Origin: Eledone cirrhosa
Taxonomy: Eukaryota
NCBI GenBank assembly: GCA_964016885.1
Contig: OZ024741.1
Span: 9,114,001 to 9,178,000 of the forward strand
DNA length: 64,000 nt
Direction: 5' to 3'
Part shown: positions 33,583 to 48,487 of the stretch, in pieces
Layout: each line of letters opens with the position of its first letter
Position numbering within the stretch: the stretch's first letter is position 1
Notes under the pieces: generated by a model
Database searches by the model: none
Told to the model about the DNA's origin: nothing
The model's input: the letters and a program-made list of their open reading frames with translations, nothing else
Translations under genes and position numbers: made by a program

Positions 33583-34034
33583 TCATGTATTGCCTTTAAA
33601 ACTTCAATATCATATTACATTACCAGTAAATTAGAACCCAACGACAGGTAATCCTCAATTTACTTGCAAAATTGTCAATTTTAGCTGTTTCTAACACACT
33701 TGCAGTTCTGTGTCCGGTGTGCAGCTAAATAACCACCCCGCCCTAGGCTCAGAGCCCAGCACTCTCTCCCCCTCCATACCTTCGGTGGCCCTAGAATCCT
33801 TGCTTTTTCCTTCCGTTTTATTTTATTTATGTCATTTATAGTCCTTTCTTTTCCTTTCCCAGACAGCCAGATCTGACCTTCTTTACCTCTTCCCGATTTT
33901 CTCATTACTTAATTTTGTTTTTATCTTTCTTTTTCATATTCATGTAATTATCAAAGGTGTTTAAGCCAACTTTGTGAGTGAAACACGTGTATTGAGAACA
34001 AACTTTTGTTTTCCATCTGTTAATATATTTTAGA

Positions 34035-34960
34035 TGTACTAGTATTTATAGATGGAGCCGAATGGTTAACAGGATCATTTCGTAATCATTAGTTTAGAGT
34101 CTCCACTCCACTGATGAGATCCTGGGCAAGTGTCAACAGGCGTTGCGAGGGAAATTAGATAGATAGAAATGTTTTAGAGGCCAGTCGGATACACGTGTCT
34201 GTGAAATGCTCGGTGACTTAAACGCTAATTTCATGAGCAAGCTGTTCTGTTGAATGAACAACTGGAACGCTCATCGTAGAAACCGGTGGAAGTCCATAGT
34301 AATATTATTTTTTAGGAATGTAATGAACTGAGTTGACGTAGAACACAATTTTTTATCTAAAACCCTGACAAACTAATTTAGTTACGGCCCTTTACGTTCT
34401 GAGTTCAAATCCCGTCGAGGTTAGCTTTACCTTTCATCTTTACGGGGTCAATAAAATAAAGTACCAGTAACGCACTGGGGTCGATTTAATCGACTTTCCT
34501 CTTCCCTTCAAATTGCTGGGCTTCTGCTATTTCCAGCAGGTCGAGTAAGCTAGAAGAGATATTCTAGTTTGCCATTTTAATATTCTTGCATATCAGAAAG
34601 GCGGTAAATTCGTAGAATCGGTAGAGCATCGGACAACATGCTTTGTGGTGTTTAGTTTCGACTTTCTACTTTCTGAGTTCAAATTCCGCCGAAGTCAAAT
34701 GTGTCTTTAATCCTTCCAGGGTGATACAACAAAGTACGACCTTCTGGGGTAATAAAACAAAGTACCAACTTGCAGGGTGACAAAACAATGTACTGCCTTC
34801 CAGGGTGATGAAACAAAGTACTACCTTATGGGGTGATAAGACAAAGTACTACCTTCTGGGGTGATAAAACAGAGTAAAAGTGAAGTACAGGTAAGATATA
34901 ATGGGACTTTCTCCTCTCACTAAAACGAAAGGTTTTCTTCCTCAATTTGAAACCAATATT
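34035..34960 (+). mobile_element. Cluster of three SINEs; the last has an internal ~29-bp tandem expansion
   Basis: 34035-34300 is homologous to the reverse complement of 54400-54730. Family A copies at 34381-34525 and 34598-34960. Repeat unit is ccttc(c/t)agggtgataaaacaaagtac. Confidence 0.8.
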
Positions 34961-35079
34961 CTTTCATATAAAGTCATAGGAAGAATGTTTTCCCAGTTTT
35001 AATCACCGAACATGAACCGTTATTATACAGTTTATTTGTTGTGACAGAAGTCAGTACTCGGGGGTAGTGGTAGATCCCT

Positions 35080-36360
35080 CATTAATGACGTTGATATTCC
35101 GATTAAGCTATTGTAGGTCGATGTAGGGAAGATATTAACATGGAGTGGGTTCCTGAGGATGATCGTTCTGTGAAAAAAAGACAGAGCATAAGTGGTTTGG
35201 GTGGGGCCTAGAAGTTAGACACAACATAGATGAGAGGAGGAGGGGTGTGCCAGTTAGGAGTGCCTCAGTGGGGGTGGCACGAGATCAACAAACCCTGAAA
35301 AGTCATTGTAGTAGCGACCGAAAAGCCAGACTGAGGGGATAGCATATCTATGAGCTGGAATGTGTCTGCAAGTAACTTTATGCCAATTAATCTGTGGTTC
35401 TTCTCTGCCGTTGTACGTGGCAGCATCCAAGTTGTGGAATTCGTAATCCCTTTGTGGGGTTCACCTGTGCTCCGTTGAGGGACAGAAATTGTTGGAGCCA
35501 TAGTATTTTCTAGCCCGAAAGAGAAATCCCAGCGTTTATAACGCGGTCGTAGCTATATTAATGATGTGTGTTTGCTGTGTACCTGAGTAAAGGTGAGGAT
35601 TAGCATTTGGAGCCACCAGAAGGAGATGTGTTCTGTCATGTGTAAGAAAGATGGTGGACTTTAGTCACATGAGCAGAGCTTGTGTGTTCTTCTATCGAAA
35701 GAGCAAATGTCGGCATGACTCTATCAGAGGAAGATTTCCATATTTCTGTCCAAGAGGAGTCAGTGAAAGTTTAACTTAACGAGTTATGGCTGAATATCAT
35801 GGATGACACTAGACTTGGATATGATGGAAGATCCAAGTGTTGTATCATCTGTGTGCGTTATTGGATGTAACACATAGTAGGGCATTGGTAGAGAGAAGGA
35901 AGAGTATAGGGTATAAACCTGAATCCTGAGGTACAGCAGGGTTAAGAGAGTGTGAGATAAAGAGAGTATTGCCTATACAAACCCCTACGGAGCAATATGA
36001 TATGGAGCTACAGATCTAAGAGATTGATGAAGACCATAGCACAACCAAAATTTTGCTTTTATCAGCGTCAACAACATTATTTTACCAAATTTCTCAAAGA
36101 TGGAGAGACGACTGGCTAATGACTTACAGGAGTAAGTATCTAACAGATATGACTGAATTAGTAAGAGAGAAATTGAAGGTGTTGGAAAAGCTCATTGTTA
36201 ATGATTGAGATATTGGATGTGAGTAGGATAGAACAACAATGAATAGTCAGGGAGGTCACTAGTCTACAGAATGGGACACGCTGAAGCCAGTTCCTCAAAG
36301 CTAGAATATATCTTCGTAGAGAAGAAGTGACTAAAACGTTTGTAAAGTGTACAGGAGTAA
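35080..36360 (-). mobile_element. Highly decayed CR1/Jockey-type LINE RT C-terminal fragment
   Basis: Only weak remnants such as HRYAIPSVWLFGRYY, which resembles the RR..SL..FYRYY motif of such LINEs. No intact ORF. Confidence 0.4.
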
Positions 36361-36880
36361 GGAGTGGGGCCGCCGAGGTTAACTTTGCCTTTCATCCTCA
36401 TGGGGTCGATAAAATAAAGTACCAGTAATACCGTAATACCCTGGGATAATTGCTGGCCTTGTGCCAAAAGTAGAAACAATTATTTAAAAGTAATGGAGGT
36501 ATCAGTCTTGATGTACGCAAGGTAAAATGTGTGAAAGTAGTGGTAGGGGGTAGACTATGAGGGTATTTACCAAATGTGTGCAGTCTACAGGCAATAATTT
36601 GCCGAGATATATTCACGTAATATGTTGCATGATCACGTTTTTGGGGTGTTAGCTTAAATTGTATTTTATATTAACATAAATTGTTAGGATTATTTATCTT
36701 ATGTTTCCAGTTTGTTTAATATATATCTTTATCAACAACAAGGCAAACATCTGCACACATACACCTGCACTCATACACACATAGGGTAGCTAGCTACAAT
36801 ATCACTGACATTTTCTTTCTAACACACACAGACACACCCACACACATGTATATATATATATGTATATATATATGTATATA

Positions 36881-36958
<78 letters not shown>

Positions 36959-37062
36959 GGGATTGTGTAATGGAGACAAATCGTCCTTTTTACTAAACGA
37001 CTATATATATAGATATATATACGCACATATGTTAAGTGTATAAAACACACACATACACACAC

Positions 37063-37135
<73 letters not shown>

Positions 37136-37267
37136 TGTGTATGAGAAACAGAGAACGACAAATGTTATTTTTCATGAGATTTAGAAAAGGAAAAAAAGAA
37201 TACAATAGAATATTTCGTAAATTAAAAGAGAAATATGAAGAATGAAAGGATGGTGCCAAGAAAGTAG

Positions 37268-37299
<32 letters not shown>

Positions 37300-37492
37300 T
37301 ACACACATACACACACACACACACACACATATACAAACACACACACATACACACACTCACACACACGCACACGCCCGCACACAGACACACATTCATTGTG
37401 ATGAGCGAAAAAGAAAACTAAAAAGAGGAACTTAGTCTGATGTTCAGAAGGTCACAATAGGTGGAGACTGACATGAAGGGAGGGGGGGCTCT

Positions 37493-37615
<123 letters not shown>

Positions 37616-37616
37616 A

Positions 37617-37880
37617 AGTCAGCTCAAAAGTGACACAGAGGAGCCTGAGGTTAGCTGGACATGCTCACCGACATCCAGAGTTGACATTGCACTCAGTGCT
37701 CCTGTGGGAGCCCCTACATGGACACACTGGAAGTGGAAGACCAAGGTTAACGTATGTTGATGCCCTAAGGACAGACACTGGTCTGTTGGAGACACAGGAC
37801 ATGGCAGCTATAATGAGGAACAGAGACTGCTGGAGAGAACTCGTCCATGGGTCTCGGGAATTTTACCCGCCTTAGATATA
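37617..37880 (+). mobile_element. RTE-type LINE 3' end
   Basis: RLAGHAHRH...LLWEP.HG...GRPRLTYVD...M.NRD.WR; sits in (TA)n. Confidence 0.88.
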
Positions 37881-38004
37881 AAGAGGAACTGTGAGATCGG
37901 TAAAGTTATAAGTTATTGTAAATAAACGTTCGTAAAAACACCAATAAATATTAATATTTAAAAAACCTTACGTTACAATATATACATATATATATATATA
38001 TATT

Positions 38005-38119
<115 letters not shown>

Positions 38120-38221
38120 CGAAGGAGATGTGGTAAGGAACCAGATGGACCATAACGCACCAGAGTACTCAATACTTAGGATAGTAGAGTGGGTAATAGG
38201 AAAAAGTATGGGGTCATACTT

Positions 38222-38261
<40 letters not shown>

Positions 38262-38353
38262 GTTAAAACACTCTTCCTGCTATATCAAGCCTTAACTTAA
38301 TATATCCCTTCCATATACTGTACCAATTGTGTTGTTATTTCTGTTTACCTTTT

Positions 38354-38399
<46 letters not shown>

Positions 38400-38417
38400 C
38401 ATATATATAATAATTAT

Positions 38418-38605
38418 TATTTCTACATTTGGCACAAGGGCAGCAATTATCCCAGTGCATTACTGGTACTTTATTTTATCGAACCCGTAAGGATGGAGGG
38501 CAAAGTTGACCTCAGTGAGATTTGAACTCAGAACGTATATCGCCGTAACTCTATGCTGCAAAGCATGGCGTCCGACCCTCTACCGATACTGCCAATCCTC
38601 CGCCC
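38418..38605 (-). mobile_element. tRNA-derived SINE, family A
   Basis: Reverse complement of the family head and body. Confidence 0.88.
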
Positions 38606-38656
38606 CATATATCTATATGATATTATATAATCATCTGTACATGCTTTATATATATC

Positions 38657-38918
38657 TATCTAAGGCGGGTAAAATTCCCGAGACCCATGAACGAGTTCTC
38701 TCCAGCGATCTCTGTTCCTCATTATCGCTGCCATGTCCTGCGTCTCCAACAGACCAGTGTCTGTCCTTATGGCATCAACATATGTTAACCTTGGTCTTCC
38801 TCTTCCAGTGTGTCCATGTAGGGGCTCCCACAGGAGCACTGAGTGCAATGTCAACTCTGGATGTCGGTGAGCATGTCCAGCTAACCTCAGTCTCCTCTGT
38901 GTCACTTTTGAGCTGACT
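38657..38918 (-). mobile_element. RTE-type LINE 3' end, inverted relative to the 37617 copy
   Basis: Encodes the same peptide as 37630-37875. Confidence 0.88.
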
Positions 38919-38978
38919 AAATATATATATATATATACATATACAGATATATATGTATATATATATATACATATATAC

Positions 38979-39097
<119 letters not shown>

Positions 39098-39221
39098 GAG
39101 AAAGAGAAGAAAAAGAAAAGAGTCAGGACAGATCTAGCTGTCGAAACGGATGGAGCTCTACACTAGATATCGAGTACTCTGGTGCGTTAAGGTTCACCTG
39201 CTTTCTTACCACACTTTTTTG

Positions 39222-39341
<120 letters not shown>

Positions 39342-39870
39342 TGTACAAAAACGTACATGTGGGGAATACGTCAAAGAATGCACGCAGCATCTCACATAAC
39401 GGTATACACATATGCAGACACACTTTGATGCACATGTTGACTGAGTTGGCATTATGGTATTAACGTGAAATAATCCACATACAGAAATGTTATAAACAAA
39501 ATTAGATACGGGAAGTTTATAGGAACAATGCAAAGGGTTAAGTAAGTCCGAAGAAAAGTGGTGAGAGAACCAATATCATCACTCGATGCAGAGCAGAGTG
39601 TATATAATAAGAACAAAATGGAGGTGTTACATATAATGCTCGGGATAGGTGCGTCCGTTGGATTCTAGGCCCGCGATTAGTCATTCTATAGGCTTGTATG
39701 TGTCTGGCTGGTTCGTCTTCAGATTTGATGTGATTTTTGTTGTTATCACTTGTCTGAGGATCGGGCAGAATTGGAGTTTGGTCTGGGATGACCTCATATG
39801 ATGAGCCGGCTGCCTAGGAAGCATTTGTAACCGGGTTGAGCCATAAATCTCATATGTAACACCTTCACTT

Positions 39871-39907
<37 letters not shown>

Positions 39908-40222
39908 ATAAGACACGGAGAATCAGTGGGGCGACGAATTAAAATTTATTAGACATATTACAATCGTTTCTCTGGCGACCAGCTCGAAGCACAATCGATG
40001 CGATGATCGAACCTGACTCTGAAATCGCAAGATACTCAGATACGTCTCAATCTTTCGAAACAGAGTTTACAAATGTTCCAAATTTTAATTCGTCGTACCA
40101 GTGATTCTCCGTTTCTTATGTGATATTATACTCTGCTCTGTAAGAGCATCGAGTGCTCAAACGGCCTACCGCATACGGACGCTTTAAGCAACACCCCCCC
40201 ACACACACATATATATATATAT

Positions 40223-40833
40223 ATATTGAATACACAAGAATCAAAGTTATGTTAAAACATTTATTCGCTAACAATTGTTTCTTCCAAACCTAGGCCTGGA
40301 TTCTTCGGAGCATTTCTAATGTTTATACATATAATTGGACTCCTACTCAACCGAAGAAACATATACATACATATATATATATTGATGTTGTGTACAACAG
40401 TTTCATGTTTATAGTGTGGGATTGATGCGACATATATTATAGTGTATTTGTACAATAATTCAAATTAAGATTAAAATAAAAATTAAAATTAAAATAAAAA
40501 TTAAATTTAAATTCAAAAACAAGATTAATCTTGATTAATAAAGATTTAATCTTGTTTTCGAATTTAAATTTAATTTTGATTTTAATCTTAATTTGAATTA
40601 TTGTACAAATACATTATAATATATGTCGCATTAATCCCTCACTATAAACATGAAACTGTTGTACACAACATCAATGTTTATATATGTATCTGTATGTTTC
40701 TTCGGTTGAGTAGGAGGCCAATTATATGTACAAACATTAGAAATGCTCCGAAGACTCCAGGCCTAGGTTTGGAAGAAACAATTGTCAGCAAATAAATGTT
40801 TTAACATAACTTTGATTCTTGTGTATTAAATAT
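40223..40833. mobile_element. Large fold-back element (~300-bp arms) with two variant hammerheads
   Basis: Plus 40744-40790 reads tgct CCGAAGA ctcca..tggaa GAAA caattg TC agca; mirror copy at 40267-40311. Confidence 0.85.
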
Positions 40834-40981
40834 AACTGCTCTGTAAAACAACTGATGTTCTTACATTGAGCTATTTATCTTACTGGTAATAAGGTAGTAA
40901 TAAATTACTGACCTTCCCTGTTCATAGTTGTTTATAGTATAGTATATACATAACTATAAATAGTATCCTTAATATTATTAT

Positions 40982-41040
<59 letters not shown>

Positions 41041-41207
41041 AAAAGCAGAAGAACTGCGAAACCGGTAAAGGAACCAAATAAATATATATATTTAAAAAAA
41101 AAATAAGACTCCAGTTGCATTTTCGATTTCATCTCTTTTTCTTTATACTTTCACTCGTGTAGGACACCACACCTCGGTTATTTTTCATTTTGTAAAAAAA
41201 ACCTCAC

Positions 41208-41246
<39 letters not shown>

Positions 41247-41509
41247 TTCCTAATTTAGCGGTTGTTGTGGTCTGGATCAGCATGCCAAGATTGGGGATGG
41301 GTGGTCCACGTACGTTTTACCGAATTTGGAGGTTGGGTCGTGGGTAGGTTTAACAGAAGTCTCACTAAAGAAGTGGTACTTAATTTATGTACTTACAAAT
41401 GAAGAATGGTATATTACAGAATGGTATATGCAGAGGGACGGAACAAATTCTAAGTGACGTCCAAAAGTTTCTGCCAATTCCGTCGCATTACATAAACATA
41501 TGGTGTCAT

Positions 41510-42774
41510 GAAACTGCCAGGAGAGCTGGGCAGCTAAAGGTCTTCAGAGAAGAAACTGCCAGTACAGCTGTACAGCAGAAGGTCTTCAGAGAAGAAACTG
41601 CCAGGACAGCTGGACAGCAGAAGGTCTTCAGAGAAGAAACTGCCAGGACAGCTGGACAGCAGAAGGTCTTCAGAGAAGAAACTGCCAGGACAGCTGTACA
41701 GCAGAAGGTCTTCAGAGAAGAAACTGCCAGGACAGCTGTACAGCAGAAGGTCTTCAGAGAAGAAACTGCCAGGACAGCTGTACAGCAGAAGGTCTTCAGA
41801 GAAGAAACTCTCAGGAGAGCTGTACAGCAGAAGGTCTTCAGAGAAGAAACTGCCAGGACAGCTGTACAGCAGAAGGTCTTCAGAGAAGAAACTGCCAGGA
41901 CAGCTGTACAGCAGAAGGTCTTCAGAGAAGAAACTGCCAGTACAGCTGTACAGCAGAAGGTCTTCAGAGAAGAAACTGCCAGGACAGCTGTACAGCAGAA
42001 GGTCTTCAGAGAAGAAACTCTCAGGAGAGCTGTACAGCAGAAGGTCTTCAGAGAAGAAAGTGTCAGGAGAGCTGGACAGCAGAAGGTCTTCAGAGAAGAA
42101 AGTGTCAGGAGAGCTGTACAGCAGAAGGTCTTCAGAGAAGAAAGTGTCAGGACAGCTGTACAGCAGAAGGTCTTCAGAGAAGAAAGTGTCAGGACAGCTG
42201 TACAGCAGAAGGTCTTCAGAGAAGAAAGTGTCAGGAGAGCTGGACAGCAGAAGGTCTTCAGAGAAGAAACTGCCAGGACAGCTGTACAGCAGAAGGTCTT
42301 CAGAGAAGAAAGTGTCAGGAGAGCTGTACAGCAGAAGGTCTTCAGAGAAGAAAGTGTCAGGAGAGCTGGACAGCAGTAGGTCTTCAGAGAAGAAACTCTC
42401 AGGAGAGTTGGACAGCAAAATATCTTCAGACAAGAAACTCTCAGGAGAGTTGGACAGCAAAATATCTTCAGAGAAGAAACTCTCAGGAGAGCTGTACAGC
42501 AGAAGGTCTTCAGAGAAGAAAGTGTCAGGAGAGCTGGACAGCAGAAGGTCTTCAGAGAAGAAACTCTCAGGAGAGTTGGACAGCAAAATATCTTCAGACA
42601 AGAAACTCTCAGGAGAGTTGGACAGCAAAAGATCTTCAGAGAAGAAACTCTCAGGAGAGCTGGACAGCAGAAGGCCTTCAGAGAAGAAACCCTCAGGAGA
42701 GTTGGACAGCAGAAGGTCTTCAGAGAAGAAAGTGTCAGGAGAGTAGGACAGTAGAAGGTCTTCAGAGAAGAAAC
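41510..42774. repeat. 42-bp minisatellite, ~30 copies
   Basis: Unit cagcagaaggtcttcagagaagaaactgccaggacagctgta, with variants graded along the array. Confidence 0.95.
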
Positions 42775-42919
42775 CGCACCTCAGGTGAGTGTTTCAACCC
42801 TTAACATATATAAAGGATTAGTTACACAATATAAATACAGAATTAACAACATACGATTTGGATATCTTTATTTCACCTTTTCAAAAAAGAAAATTATATT
42901 ATATCATATTATATTATAT

Positions 42920-43395
<476 letters not shown>

Positions 43396-43516
43396 TTTGC
43401 GTAAAAAGGAGGAAAACATTACATAAACTATGAGAATTACCATTTTACTGAAAATATGAGAAATAAAACTGCGGTCTAGAACCAACTAATCCATGTCAAA
43501 TAATATATAATTTGTG

Positions 43517-43558
<42 letters not shown>

Positions 43559-44598
43559 AATAAACATTTATAACCATTTTCATTTTAAAATTTGCTATCA
43601 ATCACATATAGACGTCCTTCATATTGACATATGTAAAGTTTTTTTACTCAGTCTGGTATTCTGCATTTTATAAAGTTTAAACATACACTTTATTACATAT
43701 TAGTGCACCAGTACACATACAATGATAAAATGAATTACCTGTATATACATATATATATACTTATATATACTTATATAAGTATTTATATATATGTATATAT
43801 ATATCATTTTGCATATTTTTATTTCATATATATAAATATATGTATATTTATATTTATATATATGTATACAGTATTTATATATACATATGAGTTAATATAT
43901 ATTTATATATAAACTCATATGTATATATAAATACTGTATACATATATGTATATATATGTATATATATGCATATATATAAATATATATGTATATATATATA
44001 TGCATATATGTATGTATATTTATTTGCATGTATATATATATATATATATACATATTTTTCTCACATATTTGTGCATTTGAATGCGTATTCTATATTTTAA
44101 TAAATTCCATCTTGTATACGTCTTAGGTTGTGTATATATAGGTTATGTATGTATGTACGTATATATATATATATATATTTCGACACATATATATTGGTAT
44201 ATATATATATATGTTTGTAGGTATACATTGTACACATTGCTGTACACATTGCTTATATATACATATATATATGTGTGCGTGTGTGTACATATACATAAAG
44301 AAATAGTGATTTGTGTGGCAACATATTTTCTGCTCTGTCTCCATATTTTAACGAAGAACATTACATTGTCTCCAAGTTGAAACAACATGGAACAAAGTCA
44401 ATAACCTGAAATTATTCTCCGCATTTTCAATGTTCAATATCTCAAAATGCAGCCATTTTGTCCACCATGTCGAATGATCGAATCCAACCAAGGGAGGAAT
44501 TTTAAAAATATAACCTCCCACCTTAAAAAACACGCACACATACACAAATATTCACGCGTATATATATATATATATATGGTATATATATGCGCATGTAT

Positions 44599-44634
<36 letters not shown>

Positions 44635-44747
44635 GTATATATATATATTTATATACAGATATATATATATATACAGATGTTTGTATGTATAGATTTGTAT
44701 GAATATATATGTATGGATATATATGTATTTGCAGGCATACGTATATA

Positions 44748-44784
<37 letters not shown>

Positions 44785-44808
44785 TTAATATAGAAGGGCT
44801 TCTATAGA

Positions 44809-45075
44809 CTAGAACTGTGGTTACCCCCGATTGAACCCGGGATAAACTTATATATATATACGTATATATATATATAGTGTATGTGTGTGTTTAATTATTT
44901 AATTCTCGCTTAAAAAATTCCGTTCAAACATGAAATTTTACTAACCTGATAAATATTAGTTCATTATTAATTCAGATGTATCTAGGGATAATATTTACAT
45001 ATCATTTGAAGTATTATTAGTTGTAACAGATTTGCTTAAAACAATTGGTAAGCAGTTCTTTTCCTTTTTACAGAC
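44809..45075 (-). mobile_element. Possible second non-autonomous Helitron-like element
   Basis: a|ctag followed by a GC-rich imperfect hairpin, then tgaaattt and acagacacac, in the same layout as the 27262 element. Confidence 0.35.
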
Positions 45076-45557
45076 ACACGCACACACATATATATATACA
45101 CACGCACATATATATATACACACACACATGTTGCTAATTACTTTCTTTTTCGTTTCTTTTCGTCTCGTAAATATTCTTTTCTTTTATATAACTTGGGTAT
45201 TATGAGTACCTCTTTCAAAGTTTCATTTATATGTAAATATATACAGTGTACACATATATGTGTGTTTGTGTGTAGATATGTATGTTTGTACATGTATGTA
45301 TATATATACACGTGTCCGTAAGTGTGTGTGTGTGTGAATGATATATGTTATTGTTGCTGATATCATCTCCATCCTAATTATGAGGTTTGTAGGTTAAGTA
45401 AAGCTGTAGACAACCAGACAAAAATATATTGTTCCGAGTTCAAATCACACCGAGCTCGCTTTAAAAATTCCTAATTCTGGTGCCGATTACACTACTGGAG
45501 TTGAGTTGTGTTTTCTCCTAAAATGTCCGGCCTGGGTTAGAAACCATTATAATAGTG

Positions 45558-46335
45558 TGATAGATTGCCAGTATCGGTAGAGCGGCCGACAGCATACTTT
45601 GCGGCATGGAATTATGGCCCTTTGCGTTCAAGGTTAGTTTTGCCTTTCATCCTTACAGGGGTCGATAAATAAAGCACCAGTAATGGCCTGGAGTCGATTT
45701 AATCGACTTCCCCTCCACTTCAAATTGCTGGCCTTGTGCCTAAATTACAAACAATTATTATCATTTACAGTATTTGAGCAGTAGTTTGGCATATTTGTTG
45801 ACACGTCAACCAAATACTTTGCTGTATTTGTTGACACGTCAACCACATACTTTTCTGTATTTGTTGACACGTCAACCAAATACCTTGCTGTATTTGTTGA
45901 CACGTCAACCAAATACCTTGCTGTATTTGTTGACACGTCTACCAAATACTTTGTTGTATTTGTTGACACATCTACCAAATACTTTGTTGTATTTGTTGAC
46001 ACATCTACCACATACTTTGCTGTATTTGTTGACACGTCAACCAAATACCTTGCTGTATTTGTTGACACGTCTACCAAATACTTTGCTGTACTTGTTGACA
46101 CGTCTACCAAATACCTTGCTGTATTTGTTGACACATCTACCACATGCTTTTCCGTATTTGTTTGAACTATTCACGTCCTGAGTTCAAATCTCGTCGAAGT
46201 CAACTTTTCCTTTAATCCTTCTGTGGTCGATATAATAGAGTTCAAATCAATTACTGACATCGATTTTATCAAATTTCTCCATCACTGTAAATTGCCGTAA
46301 ATTGTTGGCTTTGTGACAAAATTAAAAACCATTTT
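45558..46335 (+). mobile_element. Two adjacent family A SINEs; the second has a 33-bp tandem array (45795-46160) in its head
   Basis: Unit tttgttgacacgtcaaccaaatactttgctgta, about 11 copies, followed by ctgagttcaaatc and the SINE body. Confidence 0.82.
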
Positions 46336-46586
46336 TATTCATAATAATCCTTTATTTCAATAATATTTATTTTTGCCACGAAATATATTTTTAATGTTGT
46401 AATTGGATATTAATTGATTTTTATATATTCTTTATTTGTTTTGTAATTTCCTTTCTGCTAATTTTAATGTATCCTTCGCATGGGAAAAATGGTTTATGAA
46501 TTTTTATCGTGTAATTTCTTCATTACATATGCGGCCTTTCTGATATTGTGGCCTTTATAGGATTTTGTATTTCAAGAACAACGCTG

Positions 46587-46668
<82 letters not shown>

Positions 46669-46767
46669 CAGAAGGGATATTTAATTTGTTGGAAATTCTG
46701 GAGTACATATTCAATGATATTAATATATATAATAGAATAAATATAGTTTCCATTCATTTAATATCAT

Positions 46768-46819
<52 letters not shown>

Positions 46820-47220
46820 TTTGTAGAGAGTGCTTATATAAGAATTCATTGATTGTTTTTATCAACGTTAGTAACACCACTATTGACATGATCGTCGATA
46901 TTATCGATGTCATCATGACCATCATCATCATCATCATCATCATCATCACCATCACCATCATCATCATCACCAACAACAACAATATCATCATCATCAACGT
47001 AATCCTCATAGTTTCTTGAGAGCATCATGGAACGTCAAAGACAATAACCTGTCCCATAGGACTCTCTCTCTCCCAGAACTGTTCTACTCAGGGTCTCCAA
47101 TTCCAAAAGTCGAGACAATGTATTAACTCATGTCTTTTTCCTTTTGTGAACAATACATCTCTTTACAGAATAATACCTTGCTCGAATCCACATCTAATCA
47201 ATATGCACATATGTATGTAT

Positions 47221-47663
47221 GACCCCTTAGCCTTTGTCAAGGCAGAATTCTAGGAGAAAGAAAACTCTGATATAACACCTGCAACTCTGATGGTATCCAA
47301 TGATGTTGACTTGTTCTTCTTTTTGGTAAATATCACCTTGGTTAAGAGAGTGGGACTGGCTTTGTGCAGTGCCTTTGTTCACTATAAAAGCTTCACAGCA
47401 CAGGCATTGCTTTATATCTGGAGATCTCTCTGCACTTGTCGTCACATGGTACCATGGGCCCAGCACTATGTGTCAGTAATTGTCACAGGTGTAGTGTTTG
47501 TACCACAGCTCTCAAGTCGCTGGCTGGACTAAAAAGCCACACTTGTTCAGCGCATCGGTAGGGGTTCTCCTACATGGATATAAAGTAGTGGCCGTACTCG
47601 AAAACGAGTTCACTGCCACCATGTATGTATGTATGTATGTATGTATGTATGTATGTATGTATG

Positions 47664-47692
<29 letters not shown>
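47221..47692 (+). mobile_element. RTE-5'-UTR-like non-coding repeat with an (ATGT)n tail
   Basis: Reverse complement of 56636-57038; contains ctaggagaaagaaaactctga. Confidence 0.75.
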
Positions 47693-47694
<2 letters not shown>

Positions 47695-47710
47695 GTTTTG
47701 TGTGTATATA

Positions 47711-47746
<36 letters not shown>

Positions 47747-48302
47747 TGTGTGTATATACGTATATATGTATGTACGTATGTATGTATGAATGCATAGCTG
47801 ACTGAAAACACTCGTGCTTTTTCTTTTTCTAATGAAAAAAAAATGTTCCATTGCTTCCTCCTTTCATTCTCTATCTTACTATATCATCTTTTATTTCTCA
47901 TTCTAACTTTTGACGAAGGACTGGAGTCCAAAACATAAATATACTTTTCCTACTATAACAAACGTTAAACTATTTATTTTTTATTTTTTCATCGTACTGT
48001 GTTGTTTGCTTTGTTGTGTCTTTTTACATTTTGCGTACATATATATATATATTCATATACACACATATACATGCATACATATGCATGCATATATGAGTAT
48101 TTATATATATATATAAATAGGAAAAAGTATAACCCCGACGGCAGAGCTCAAGCCGTTTCGACGGCTAGAAATAACCGTCGAAACGACTTGAGCTCTGCCG
48201 TCGGGGGTCATACTTTTTCCTATTTCCCACTCTACTACCCTAAGTATTGAGTACTCTGGTTAGTTATGGTCCATCTGGTTTCTTACCACAATTCCTTTGT
48301 TT

Positions 48303-48487
<185 letters not shown>

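Noticed and set aside
41510-42774. CTGAAGA and GAAAC in each 42-bp unit as a tandem retrozyme
   Set aside because: The two motifs are on opposite strands and no stems form.
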